A DNA stretch of 63,251 bases, filler included, from 5 parts of 5 records of this genome joined end to end with filler, not necessarily neighbours in it; one strand, 5' to 3'. Positions 1 to 9,380 are shown, counted from the first letter of the whole stretch. Numbers and translations: made by a program. The notes: generated from the letters alone by a model not told the origin.

Positions 1-318
1 CCATTGCGCCTGCCAGTTCTTTTGTCCTGTAAAAGCATTCTTTAACAGCGACAAAGCAGAAAAATGCGTCATGAGAAGCGGCTCCACCAAGTGTCATGAT
101 TTTGCACGATTAGATGTGAATTTGCGACGTCGCGATTGGATATTTGCGTCATATCTGTTGTACATATTCGCCATCCGGGCAGGTAGTGTGCAATGGCGCA
201 GCGACAGGTGGCAAGTTCAGGGCGGCATGTGCGCTGTCCTGTTAATTGTCCTGTTCTCTTGTTTTACAAGTGACGTGCCGCTAATCTGATGCCTCCCGCC
301 ACCAACGGAGAAGCCCCG

Positions 319-1266
319 ATGTCCCGATCTGATAAACATATCCTCGTTGTTTCGGCCATCCGGCCGCGCCATATGGAAGAACTGGCCGCGAAATACGAAC
401 TGCATCGCTGGGATCAGGCGAGTGACAAGGACGCGTTTCTGGCCAAAGTGGCAGACAGGATTACCGCCCTTGTTTCGACCGCCGGGGTCGGGGTGCCGAC
501 GGAGCTGATCGAAAAGCTGCCGAACCTTAAGGTGATTACAAGTTTCGGGGTCGGTTATGACGCGATTGATATCGCGGCCTGCACGGCGCGTGGCATTCGC
601 GTTTCCAACACGCCCGACGTTTTGAATGACGATGTGGCCGATACCGCGATCATGCTGCTGCTGGCGACGCTTCGGCGGCTGGTTGTTGGTGATCATTGGG
701 CGCGCAGCGGGCAATGGTCGGAAAAGGGGGCGATGCCGTTAACCACAACGGCGCGCGGCAAGAAGCTTGGCATTGTCGGGCTTGGCCGGATCGGGCAGGC
801 GATTGCGTCGCGGGCGGAACCGATTGGCATGGAAATCGGTTATTTCGGGCGATCCAAAAAACCGGTCGATTATCACTATGAGGCCGATCTGATCGGGCTT
901 GCGAACTGGGCGGATGTTTTGATGGTTTCCTGCCCCGGCGGGACGGCGACACAGGGGATCATCAATGCCGACGTTTTGAAGGCACTTGGCCCGCGTGGTT
1001 TTGTCATCAATATCGCCCGTGGGTCGGTGATTGATGAACCGGCCCTGATTGCGGCACTTCGGGATGGCGTGATTGCCGGGGCGGGGCTGGATGTGTTCCA
1101 TAATGAACCGCATATGGAGCGTGCCTTTGCCGGGTTTGACAATGTCGTGCTGTATCCCCACAACGCCAGCGGCACGGTTGAAACCCGCGATGCGATGGCG
1201 CAGATGGTGGTCGATAATCTGGCGCAATGGTTTGCCGACGGGACGCTGGTAAGTCCGGTTAACTGA
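319..1266 (+). CDS. D-isomer-specific 2-hydroxyacid dehydrogenase (glyoxylate/hydroxypyruvate reductase-like)
   Basis: GVGYDAID, GLGRIG Rossmann motif, INIARGSVIDE, GAGLDVF..EP. Start placed at ATG 319 after GGAG. Confidence 0.9.
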   Translation: MSRSDKHILVVSAIRPRHMEELAAKYELHRWDQASDKDAFLAKVADRITALVSTAGVGVPTELIEKLPNLKVITSFGVGYDAIDIAACTARGIRVSNTPDVLNDDVADTAIMLLLATLRRLVVGDHWARSGQWSEKGAMPLTTTARGKKLGIVGLGRIGQAIASRAEPIGMEIGYFGRSKKPVDYHYEADLIGLANWADVLMVSCPGGTATQGIINADVLKALGPRGFVINIARGSVIDEPALIAALRDGVIAGAGLDVFHNEPHMERAFAGFDNVVLYPHNASGTVETRDAMAQMVVDNLAQWFADGTLVSPVN

Positions 1267-1331
1267 TTGTACGGATGCCCGTTTCGCGGTTGGCAGTAGC
1301 GCGCATGTGACCAAGGCGCTAGATTGTCATC

Positions 1332-1712
1332 ATGAGCAAAACCGACCTTAAAATCCGGCTTAAAATCGAATTGCCCGATGGGGTTCGCCTTGGTTATGGC
1401 AAGATCGATCTGCTGCGCGCGATTGATCGTGAACAGTCGATTTCGGCGGCGGCGCGGTCGATGGGTATGTCCTATCGCCGGGCATGGATGCTGCTTGAAG
1501 AATTGAACAGAAGCTTTGCCGCCCCGGTTGTTGAAACCCGGATGGGGGGTGCAGGCCGTGGCGGGGCCAGCCTGACCGGGACGGGGATGAGGATCATCGC
1601 GATTTACGACGATGCGCAAACCCATGCGAACGAAGCATTGGCCGACCCGTTGCGCAAGCTTGCCGATGAACTGGCGGGCGATCCGTCCCCGCCGACCGAA
1701 GAAGGGTCCTAA
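1332..1712 (+). CDS. modE: ModE-type winged-helix regulator (N-terminal DNA-binding domain only)
   Basis: GKIDLLRAIDREQSISAAARSMGMSYRRAW..L..LN and GG.GRGGA.LT are ModE wHTH motifs. Adjacent to modABC. No TOBE domains. Confidence 0.8.
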   Translation: MSKTDLKIRLKIELPDGVRLGYGKIDLLRAIDREQSISAAARSMGMSYRRAWMLLEELNRSFAAPVVETRMGGAGRGGASLTGTGMRIIAIYDDAQTHANEALADPLRKLADELAGDPSPPTEEGS

Positions 1713-2824
1713 AGATCGTCGGCGCGCAAATGCCCGTCGACCGTGACCGACTTGATCACCGCAAAGACCCTTTGTCCGATGGCAAGTTTCAGGCGTGTTG
1801 CCGACCATTGGGTGATGCGGGCATGGATTGTGCGGTTTTCACCGGTATCGTCATGACCCAGCCCCAGTGTGACATCCAGCGTATCGCCGCCATTATCGGC
1901 AATATCGCGGATCGTTACCGGCAGGACGTTATTAGCACTGATCCCGGTCGGGGCGGTTCGGGCAATCATCACATCACGCGCCCGGATATGCAGGCGCACC
2001 GGGCTTCCGGATTTTTTGCCAAGGAAGGGCACGACAAATCGTTGCCCGGCACAGTCAAGGAAGCTTACGACCCCCTGCGGGTCGCGGCTTTTGACCGTGG
2101 CTGGAAGTACGGTTCCCGTATCAAACTGCCCGGCAAGCGGGGCAAGGTCGGTTCGGCCCAGCATGTCAAACACCGATCCACTGGCAAGCGTTTTGCCGCC
2201 TTCCATCACCACCAGATGGTCGGCCAGACGGGCGACTTCATCAATCGCGTGACTGACATAAAGGATCGGCAATTGTCGTGCGTCGCGCAGATTTTCCAGA
2301 TAGGGGATGATCTCGTTCTTGCGGGCCTGATCAAGGGCCGATAGCGGTTCGTCAAGCAGCAGGATTTCCGGATTGCCCAGCAATGCCCGGCCGAGCGAGA
2401 CGCGCTGTTTCTCGCCGCCGGAAAGAAGGTTGGGGCGGCGCGATAGCAGGCTGCCGATACCGAGCATCGCGATGACATCATCACAGGCGGACCGGGTCAT
2501 GGGCCGGTCGCTGCGTTTATGGGCGTAAAACAAATTGGCCGCGACACTCAGATGCGGGAACAGTCTGGCATCCTGAAAGACATAACCGACCCGGCGTTTG
2601 CGCGGTGCCAGATTGACCCGTTGCATGCTGTCAAATACAGGGCGGTCATGGATGGTGATGCGCCCCTGATCCGGGCGCAGCAACCCGGCAATCGCATTGA
2701 TGATGGTGGTTTTGCCGCTGCCCGACGGGCCAAAAAGGGCGGTGATGCCAGGTTCGGCAATGTCGAACTGCGCATGCAGGTCGAGCTTGCTGATCTTGTG
2801 GCGGATATTGGCGGAAATGCTCAT
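1709..2824 (-). CDS. modC: Molybdate ABC transporter ATP-binding protein
   Basis: Walker A GPSGSGKT, VFQDARLFPHL, LSGGEKQR, LLLDEP, C-terminal TOBE/Mop (VFAVIKSV). Confidence 0.95.
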   Translation of the reverse strand: MSISANIRHKISKLDLHAQFDIAEPGITALFGPSGSGKTTIINAIAGLLRPDQGRITIHDRPVFDSMQRVNLAPRKRRVGYVFQDARLFPHLSVAANLFYAHKRSDRPMTRSACDDVIAMLGIGSLLSRRPNLLSGGEKQRVSLGRALLGNPEILLLDEPLSALDQARKNEIIPYLENLRDARQLPILYVSHAIDEVARLADHLVVMEGGKTLASGSVFDMLGRTDLAPLAGQFDTGTVLPATVKSRDPQGVVSFLDCAGQRFVVPFLGKKSGSPVRLHIRARDVMIARTAPTGISANNVLPVTIRDIADNGGDTLDVTLGLGHDDTGENRTIHARITQWSATRLKLAIGQRVFAVIKSVTVDGHLRADDL

Positions 2825-3513
2825 GCGCGGGCCCTTTTGCGAATATGGCGCATGGCAAATTCCGAAAGTACGAGCCCGATCAGGGCCAATCCGATGGAAA
2901 TGGCGGCAAGGCGTGCGGCGGCCAGTTCACCGCCCGGTGTCTGGATCGCGGTATAGATCGCAAGCGGCAGGGTGCGTGTTTCACCCGGAACGTTGGACAC
3001 GAATGTGATGATGGCCCCAAATTCGCCAAGGCTTGCGGCAAAGGCGGTAATTGCCCCGGCAATGATACCGGGCAGGGCCAGCGGCAATGTCAGGCTGAAG
3101 AACCGGTCAACCGGCCCGGCCCCCAGCGTTTCGGCGGTGTGATACAGGCCGGGATCGATATTTTCCAGTGCCAGCCTGATGGCGCGGACCTGAAACGGGA
3201 AGCTTACGATCCCGGCGGCCAGTGCCGCACCGGTCCAACTGAAAATCAGGCGGATATCGAACGTTTCCAGCAACCACGCGCCAAGCGGTGCGCGGGTGCC
3301 AAAACTGATCAGCAGCAGATAGCCCATCACAACCGGTGGCAGGATCAATGGCAGATGCACCAGCGCATCGACCAAAATCCTGCCCGGAAAGCGGGCCTGC
3401 GCCAGAAGCGCCGCAGCCAGAATGGCAAAGGGCAGGGCACATATCACCGCCACGCCGGAAATGCGCAGGCTTAGCAGCAGGGCTTCGATCTCGGCTTCGG
3501 TGAGTGTGATCAT
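2821..3513 (-). CDS. modB: Molybdate ABC transporter permease
   Basis: HLPLILPPVVMGYLLL, GEFGA, GETRTLPLAIY. Overlaps modC by 4 nt. Confidence 0.95.
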   Translation of the reverse strand: MITLTEAEIEALLLSLRISGVAVICALPFAILAAALLAQARFPGRILVDALVHLPLILPPVVMGYLLLISFGTRAPLGAWLLETFDIRLIFSWTGAALAAGIVSFPFQVRAIRLALENIDPGLYHTAETLGAGPVDRFFSLTLPLALPGIIAGAITAFAASLGEFGAIITFVSNVPGETRTLPLAIYTAIQTPGGELAAARLAAISIGLALIGLVLSEFAMRHIRKRARA

Positions 3514-3519
3514 GGTTTG

Positions 3520-4308
3520 TTATTGTGTCTTTGGGCTGGTTGCCGGGCGTCTGAAACCATATTCCGCAAAAATGGTGCCCGCGTCATCCCCCAAAAGCCA
3601 CGCCAGCAATTTTGCGGTTGCGGGTTTGGTTTGTCCGGCCGTGATCGCAACCGGATAGGTGATGGCCGTATGACTGTTTTCGGGGAAGGTGGCAATGGTT
3701 TTGACATCGGTGGCGATGGCGGCATCGGTGGCATAGACAATGCCAAGCGGTGCCTCGCCGCGTTCTACCAGCGCCAGGGCGGCGCGCACATTATCGGCGC
3801 GTGCCAGCCTTGGTTCGACGGTTTCCCACTGACCAAGGCTTTCAAGTGCCTGTCTGGCATAGATGCCCGCGGGGACATGGTCCGGGTCGCCAACGGCAAT
3901 GCGGTCCTCGTCACCGATCAGGCTGGTCAGATCGGTTTGGGAATTGATCGTGATCGGTTCAAGGTTACTGTCGGCGGGGGCAATCAGAACAAGCGCATTG
4001 GCCAGAAGGTCATGGCGGCTGTTGGTGGCGATCAGGTCCTGATCAGCAAGCCAGGTCATCCATTTCTGATTGGCCGAGATAAATAAATCAGCCGGGGCCC
4101 CCGCCGCGATCTGACGGGCCAGTGTTGATGAACTGGCATAGGACAGTTGCAATGTGTCGCCGGTTGCCGTGGCATAGCTTTGGGCCACCTGTGTCATGGC
4201 GTCGGTCAGGCTGGCGGCGGCAAAGACCGTGATTTCTTCGGCGCGGGCGGTGGTTGTGGCAGCCAGAAGCAACAGGGACGCAAGAGCGGTTCGGATCAGA
4301 TCGCGCAT
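3520..4308 (-). CDS. modA: Molybdate ABC transporter periplasmic binding protein
   Basis: Signal peptide, VFAAASL, SSSTLARQI..GAPADLFISA, HVPAGIYA, GIVYATDA. Confidence 0.95.
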   Translation of the reverse strand: MRDLIRTALASLLLLAATTTARAEEITVFAAASLTDAMTQVAQSYATATGDTLQLSYASSSTLARQIAAGAPADLFISANQKWMTWLADQDLIATNSRHDLLANALVLIAPADSNLEPITINSQTDLTSLIGDEDRIAVGDPDHVPAGIYARQALESLGQWETVEPRLARADNVRAALALVERGEAPLGIVYATDAAIATDVKTIATFPENSHTAITYPVAITAGQTKPATAKLLAWLLGDDAGTIFAEYGFRRPATSPKTQ

Positions 4309-4354
4309 GGCAAAATTCCGGGCTGGAGGATGAACGGAGCAGATGATCATTTCC

Positions 4355-4378
4355 CGCTATGTTCAGTGAAATATAGCG
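4355..4378. promoter_or_regulatory. Mo-box (ModE/MopA-type operator) upstream of modA
   Basis: CGCTATGTT-CAGTGA-AATATAGCG fits the CGnTATATA-N6-TATATAnCG palindrome, about 47 nt upstream of the modA start. Confidence 0.8.
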
Positions 4379-4429
4379 GAACGTCAACCATCTGTGCCAT
4401 CAGATGGAGCCTGCCGGGGCGTGCGGGCC

Positions 4430-4459
4430 AAAAAAGAAAGGACCGGCATGGCCGATCCT
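4430..4459 (-). terminator. Intrinsic terminator
   Basis: Minus strand reads AGGATCGG-CCATG-CCGGTCCT followed by TTCTTTTTT. Confidence 0.6.
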
Positions 4460-4490
4460 GTTCGGGAATTTTCGGTTGGATTGGATCAGA

Positions 4491-5006
4491 TCAGTCACAG
4501 ACCGAACGCAGCGGATCGTTTTCGTCCATCGTAAACCATTCTTCGATGCCAATCGGGAATCCGTTGCCATCAAGGGCGGTTTGAGCGGTGATGTAGCCGC
4601 GTGTTCCGGCATTGCAATCCACCAGATGGGTTAGGGCCAGCGTTTCTGCACCTTTTTTCAGAAGCAGGGTCGTGACCCGTTTATGACCAGGATTGTCCGG
4701 ATTAGCGACGACCTTTTCCCGGTCAATGGCGGTAAAGCGGTTGATCGGGGCAGAAATCAGTGTCCAGGGGGCAAAGGGATTTTCATCGGCAAAGGTCTGC
4801 ACGATATCGATCTGGCCGGGCAGGCGACCGGCATAGCGGTCAAACCAGCTGTATTCATCCCAGATCATATAGGCAAACATGCCAATCGCCGCGACAAAGG
4901 GGATGACATATTTCGGTGCCTTGCGTCCCCAAAGGCGGAACAGCAACATGACCACACCGGCACAGGCAAAACCGACCACAACGGTCGTGATAATAAACAC
5001 ATACAT
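4491..5006 (-). CDS. Hypothetical membrane-anchored protein (two N-terminal TM helices plus soluble domain)
   Basis: 171-aa ORF co-oriented with the actP cluster, with a hydrophobic N-terminus. Confidence 0.7.
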   Translation of the reverse strand: MYVFIITTVVVGFACAGVVMLLFRLWGRKAPKYVIPFVAAIGMFAYMIWDEYSWFDRYAGRLPGQIDIVQTFADENPFAPWTLISAPINRFTAIDREKVVANPDNPGHKRVTTLLLKKGAETLALTHLVDCNAGTRGYITAQTALDGNGFPIGIEEWFTMDENDPLRSVCD

Positions 5007-5081
5007 CCGGCAAGAAGTCCCCTGATTTATTGTTATGACGGGATCGGTCTGACGGGGGTTCCCGTTTCCCCTGATTACCGA

Positions 5082-5771
5082 TTAACGCAGCACGCGGCGA
5101 AGCTCAAGTTCGCCTTTCGGATCACGCTTGGCAATCTGTGCCAGAAACAGGCCCGACGCGGCAATCGCATCCGACAGGGCATTGTGAATACGATAGGGTG
5201 GCAGATTATGGGTATGGCGCAGCGTTTCAAGTTTCAGCGCGCCCGATTTCATGGGTTGTCCCTGCCGGTGCAGATCACGAAGAGCCAGCACCAGGGTATC
5301 GACGGTCGGAATCTGCAAAGATGCACCAAAGTAACGTTTGCAGGCATGACCAAGGAAACCGAGCTCGATCGGCGCGTGATGGGCCACCAGAACCCGCCCG
5401 GCCAGAATGGGCAGGATATGGGCCAGCGCGATCTCGATATCGGGGGCCTGTTCGACGTCGCTGTCGAAAATGCGGTGCACGATTACCGAGCTTTCGCTGA
5501 GTTCCTTTTTCGGCCGCACCAGAAGATGCTGACAGCTTGAAAAATCAACTGCAAGCTGACGAATGATCACCAAGCCAATCGAGACGATTTCATCGTGTTT
5601 CGGATCAAGACCTGTGGTTTCCAGATCAAGGGCGACAAATTCGACATTCCGGATCGGCGTGTCGGGATCGGCGGCGGGGATGTCGTAATAGGAACGAAGC
5701 GGCCCGGTCGCCCGGCGTTGCACCATCTGGCGGTAAAAGTCGCTATCGACGATTTTCTGACGCAGACCCAT
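5082..5771 (-). CDS. DEDDh 3'-5' exonuclease (DnaQ/epsilon-like)
   Basis: ALDLETTGL (ExoI), HHAPIE (ExoII variant), HNALSDA (ExoIII). Confidence 0.9.
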   Translation of the reverse strand: MGLRQKIVDSDFYRQMVQRRATGPLRSYYDIPAADPDTPIRNVEFVALDLETTGLDPKHDEIVSIGLVIIRQLAVDFSSCQHLLVRPKKELSESSVIVHRIFDSDVEQAPDIEIALAHILPILAGRVLVAHHAPIELGFLGHACKRYFGASLQIPTVDTLVLALRDLHRQGQPMKSGALKLETLRHTHNLPPYRIHNALSDAIAASGLFLAQIAKRDPKGELELRRVLR

Positions 5772-5773
5772 TG

Positions 5774-7642
5774 TTATGTCCCGCTTTTGCCAAAGGCGTT
5801 CTCAAGGGCGGTCTGCAGGTTTTTGATCACCGAAAATGCGTCTTTCAGATGGGTGCGTTCAAACGCCGACAGGCTTTCGGGATGCAGGAAGTTATCGGGG
5901 CGATCCCCGTTGCGGATCTGCCGGACCTGATGTTTCAGCCGGGTGATGCTGATAAATTCAAATGCATCGAGAAGGTCGGACGCCCCTTGTTTGCTGATCG
6001 AGGGGAAGGTCATTGCGGCCTCCAGCCGTTCATAGGTGTTGACCGCATCAACACCGTTGGCCAATGCGTGAATCCGCGCAAGATCAACAATCGGTACAAC
6101 CCCATTATGCTTCATATCAAGCGTGCGGTCATGTTCACCACCACGAACCATCACGAAATTCTTGAAGAAGCCAAGCGGCACGTGATGGGTCAAAGCATTT
6201 CCGACCATGTAAGCCAGGAAAATACGGTTGCCCTTGGCTTTGGTGATGATCATGCGATGCAGGTCTTCAAAAATCGACCGTGTCCCGTGGATCGGCCGCA
6301 AGTCGAACCAGACGGAGCACAGCATCAATGCCTTGGGTTCAGGCTGTTCGATCCATTTGTTGAAATATTGCTGCCAGACACGGACAGGCTGCCGCCATTC
6401 GGCGGTTTTCGCCATCATTTCGCCGGGGCAATAGACATAGCCGACGGTATCAAGGCCATCACAAACATAATCGGCCAATGACTTGAAATAGTCCCCGTGT
6501 TGATCGGGATCATAGGCGTCATCAAGGATCAGGCAATTGTCCTGATCCGACAGGGCGGTCTGTTCCTGGCGCCCCTGCGATCCGCCCGCCATCCAGACAT
6601 AGGGTACGGGCGGGGGACCAAATTTTTCCTCGGCCAGTTGCAGCAGGCGCGATGTTGCCGCATCCGAAAGCGTTGTGACAATGTGCCCGGCATTGCGCGA
6701 TGTCGCCCCGGCTTCGATCAGGTTGCTCAGCAGTTCGGGCACCTGTGCGATGACCTTTGCCATATCGGCGGGTCTGGTCATTTTACGAATGCGCCCGACC
6801 ATATGAACCGCCGAGAGCGATTGGCGGGCCAGCAGATTATTGGTGGTGATCATGCCAATCGCCTTACCGTCCTTCATCACCGGCAGGTGTCGGACATTGT
6901 GACGCGTCATGGTCAGAAGTGCGTCAAAAGCATAATCGTCCGGCCCGATGCTGATCGGGTTCGGCGTCATGATATTGGTCACCGGCTCGTCAAATGATCG
7001 GGCCTCGGCGACGACCCGGTTGCGAAGGTCGCGATCGGTCATGATGCCTGCGACCTTATCGCCGTTTTGCGTGATCAGCAGGCAGGAAACCCGTTCGGCG
7101 CTCATCAGCTTGCCTGCTTCGAGAATCGATGCGCCGATATCGATACTGACCAGATCACGCGCGATCAGATCGGAAACCCGGATGGACATCAGTTTAAGCT
7201 GATCATCATCACGCTTTTCAAGCAACTGCATGCCACTGCGAAGGCGGGCACCGCCCATCTGTTCAAAGAAGTAATTGAATTGCGGGTATTTCCCGGCCAG
7301 ATCGTGGAAATCCTTTTCGGGCAACAGGTAGACAAGGCTGTCTTCGAGCATGGTGATGTTGTTGGCGGCCTTGCCATTGCGGAACATCGCGCGTACGCCG
7401 AAACATTCACCTTCGCCAAGGCGGGCAAGAAGCTGGCCATCGGGGTCGCGTGTTTCGGTTCCGCCCGTCCGGATGATATGCAGATGCAGGCATTGCTGTT
7501 CAGGTGAGAGGACTTTCGTCCCTTTGCGGAAATAGCGCGCGGTCAGGCGTTTGGGCAGGGCATTGATCACGTCGTCAGGCAAAAGGTCGAACGGGTGATG
7601 CTGCTTAAGGAAATCGCTGATTTCTTTTAATTCCAGACTCAT
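5774..7642 (-). CDS. cNMP-binding + CBS-pair + DUF294 nucleotidyltransferase-like protein
   Basis: LGEGECFG (cNMP), GIMTDRDLR and VRHLPV (CBS), GSQGRQEQ...SDQDN (Pol-beta-type NTase GS..DxD). GGAGG RBS before ATG 7642. Confidence 0.9.
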   Translation of the reverse strand: MSLELKEISDFLKQHHPFDLLPDDVINALPKRLTARYFRKGTKVLSPEQQCLHLHIIRTGGTETRDPDGQLLARLGEGECFGVRAMFRNGKAANNITMLEDSLVYLLPEKDFHDLAGKYPQFNYFFEQMGGARLRSGMQLLEKRDDDQLKLMSIRVSDLIARDLVSIDIGASILEAGKLMSAERVSCLLITQNGDKVAGIMTDRDLRNRVVAEARSFDEPVTNIMTPNPISIGPDDYAFDALLTMTRHNVRHLPVMKDGKAIGMITTNNLLARQSLSAVHMVGRIRKMTRPADMAKVIAQVPELLSNLIEAGATSRNAGHIVTTLSDAATSRLLQLAEEKFGPPPVPYVWMAGGSQGRQEQTALSDQDNCLILDDAYDPDQHGDYFKSLADYVCDGLDTVGYVYCPGEMMAKTAEWRQPVRVWQQYFNKWIEQPEPKALMLCSVWFDLRPIHGTRSIFEDLHRMIITKAKGNRIFLAYMVGNALTHHVPLGFFKNFVMVRGGEHDRTLDMKHNGVVPIVDLARIHALANGVDAVNTYERLEAAMTFPSISKQGASDLLDAFEFISITRLKHQVRQIRNGDRPDNFLHPESLSAFERTHLKDAFSVIKNLQTALENAFGKSGT

Positions 7643-7688
7643 ATGACCTTCCTCCCTGTCGTGATGCATTGTTGCCCGAGTTCGCGGC

Positions 7689-7723
7689 AAAAGAAAAGGC
7701 CCCCGGAGGTAATTCCGGGGGCC
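7689..7723 (-). terminator. Intrinsic terminator/attenuator after actP
   Basis: 10-bp stem GGCCCCCGGA / TCCGGGGGCC, followed by TTTTCTTTT on the minus strand. Confidence 0.8.
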
Positions 7724-7755
7724 AGCAACAGGTTTCTTGCAAACCAGTCGACCGA

Positions 7756-8070
7756 TTAATGGTCAACGGCGCTACCGGCTCCTTTCGGAACACGGATATC
7801 TTCAATCATGTGCTGGATATGTTCCGGCGGTTCTGCGGTAACTTTCGAAACGCCGAACGCAACGAGGAAGTTCAGGATCATACCAACAACACCGATGCCT
7901 TCCGGCGAAATGCCGAACAGCCAGTTTGCCGGAACGTTTTCGATCAGTACCGGGATAAAGATGCCCTTGTAGGACATGATATAGCCCATGGTGAAGATCA
8001 GACCGACCAGCATCCCTGCAATCGCACCTTCGCGGTTAACCTTCTTGGAGAAGATCCCCATGATGATAAC
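7756..8070 (-). CDS. actP: Sodium:solute symporter, cation/acetate symporter ActP-like (3' part only)
   Basis: C-terminus GISPEGIG.VGM..NF.VA..VS..T..PP.HIQ.MIEDIR.PKGAG.A.DH. Truncated by the contig end. Confidence 0.8.
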   Translation of the reverse strand, partial: VIIMGIFSKKVNREGAIAGMLVGLIFTMGYIMSYKGIFIPVLIENVPANWLFGISPEGIGVVGMILNFLVAFGVSKVTAEPPEHIQHMIEDIRVPKGAGSAVDH

Positions 8071-8170
8071 NNNNNNNNNNNNNNNNNNNNNNNNNNNNNN
8101 NNNNNNNNNNNNNNTTAATTAATTAANNNNNNNNNNNNNNNNNNNNNNNNNNNNNNNNNNNNNNNNNNNN
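8071..8170. other. Artificial contig spacer
   Basis: N-run with central TTAATTAATTAA (stops in all frames). Base composition changes abruptly across it. Confidence 0.99.
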
Positions 8171-8224
8171 TAGAGCGTCGGATTCATAACCCGGAGGTCG
8201 GGGGATCGTGCCCCCCTCTCGCTA
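8171..8224 (+). tRNA. tRNA-Met(CAT), probably elongator, 5' end cut by the contig edge
   Basis: TAGAGC (D-arm end), anticodon arm TCGGA-TTCATAA-CCCGG, T arm GGGGG-ATCGTGC-CCCCC, acceptor 3' strand TCTCGCT-A. Confidence 0.85.
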
Positions 8225-8227
8225 CTT

Positions 8228-8263
8228 AAAAAGCAGTTACATTAATTTGTAACTGCTTTTTTT
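8228..8263. terminator. Bidirectional intrinsic terminator
   Basis: AAAAAGCAGTTACA-TTAATT-TGTAACTGCTTTTTTT between the tRNA and the convergent AraC gene. Confidence 0.9.
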
Positions 8264-8286
8264 ATGCGGATATAATTCAGATAAAT

Positions 8287-9300
8287 TCAATTAAGTTTAT
8301 CTCTATAGGCACTTGGTGTCACACCCGTACTCTTTTTAAAAGCCGTAGAAAAATGCTGGGGATTTTTGTAGCCTATTTTATCTGCTATTTGGGCAATACT
8401 CAAATGCGAACTTTTTAAATACTTTTGAGCGCGTTGCATACGTACTTCATTGATATACCCAAAAACCGTCATCCCAAAGGTTTGCTTAAAATTGCGTTTT
8501 AGTTCATACTCGTTAGTCCCAATAGTTCTGGCTAGCGTCTTTAGTGTATACGGATTTCTGATATTCTCAATAATTTGTTGCCGAGCCTCATACATTTGCT
8601 TTTCTATATGTACGGGTATCTGTGTAACGGTTGCCTGCTTCTCTGAATAAACCAATAACAACTGGAAAAACAACTCGGTTATTTTAGATTGCAAGTGAAT
8701 GCGTTTAAGATATTTAGGACATTTGTAATCTAAAATATGGTTGATTAAGTCAGACATCACAGCAGACTTTTTATATCCTGACTCAAAGAATACTTTTAAC
8801 CGGGTATCCTTATCAAATACATCGTGCTCTGTTTGCGGAATAAGCGTTTTGATGAAATTTTCAGATAAGGTCAACACCACAAAATCGGTAGCACCTGTTT
8901 CATGTATCAATGATAAAGCATCTGTGCGCTGATAAATCATATTTAGATGATCTGGTTGCAGCGTAACAAGATTATTAGCTACAGACAACACTATTTTCCC
9001 TTTTAATAAAAGAACAATTTTTACCGAAGCTTCATCCTGCTGCGGCCATTGCAGAAGTGCCGTTTTATATGATGTAAGTTGTACGCGGGTTATCGCAAAC
9101 TCTTCAAGAAAGGCATCTGTAATTTTAAGATCTAAATCATTTTCCTGTAAGGTAGCCGTGCTCTCAAGATGCGCTGCATTAATGCGCTCTAGTGAAAAAC
9201 GCGCTCCAGCTTGTTCAATTTCGTTTCGCGATGTTAGAACAATACTACGCGCAACTTCCTCAACCCTTGATCTAATTTCTCCCGCTCGCGTATGTATCAT
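8287..9300 (-). CDS. AraC-family regulator (PchR/YbtA-like)
   Basis: C-terminal double HTH: LARTIGTNEYELKRNFK..FGMTVFGY...RM..A, IA..IGYKNPQHFSTAFKK..G.TPS. Confidence 0.9.
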   Translation of the reverse strand: MIHTRAGEIRSRVEEVARSIVLTSRNEIEQAGARFSLERINAAHLESTATLQENDLDLKITDAFLEEFAITRVQLTSYKTALLQWPQQDEASVKIVLLLKGKIVLSVANNLVTLQPDHLNMIYQRTDALSLIHETGATDFVVLTLSENFIKTLIPQTEHDVFDKDTRLKVFFESGYKKSAVMSDLINHILDYKCPKYLKRIHLQSKITELFFQLLLVYSEKQATVTQIPVHIEKQMYEARQQIIENIRNPYTLKTLARTIGTNEYELKRNFKQTFGMTVFGYINEVRMQRAQKYLKSSHLSIAQIADKIGYKNPQHFSTAFKKSTGVTPSAYRDKLN

Positions 9301-9335
9301 TTCTTATAAATCGATGTAATAACCACAAAAATATT

Positions 9336-9354
9336 ATTTTTATTTAATCTAAAT
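9336..9354. promoter_or_regulatory. Putative Bacteroidota Fur box
   Basis: ATTTTTATTTAATCTAAAT, 15/19 to the palindrome ATTTAGAATTATTCTAAAT (consensus recalled, should be verified). Confidence 0.55.
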
Positions 9355-9380
9355 AGCAAATAAACTAAAAGCTTTTAGTT

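Noticed and set aside
1-318. Possible structured RNA upstream of the dehydrogenase (CAGGGCGGC...GCTGTCCTG hairpin, repeated GCGTCAT)
   Set aside because: A single modest hairpin with no match to a class I recognise.
8115-8126. TTAATTAATTAA repeated four times in the window
   Set aside because: Artificial linker inside N-runs, not a biological repeat.
9280-9292. TCCCGCTCGCGTA, a third AraC half-site
   Set aside because: Lies inside the araC coding start and has no partner half-site 21 bp away.
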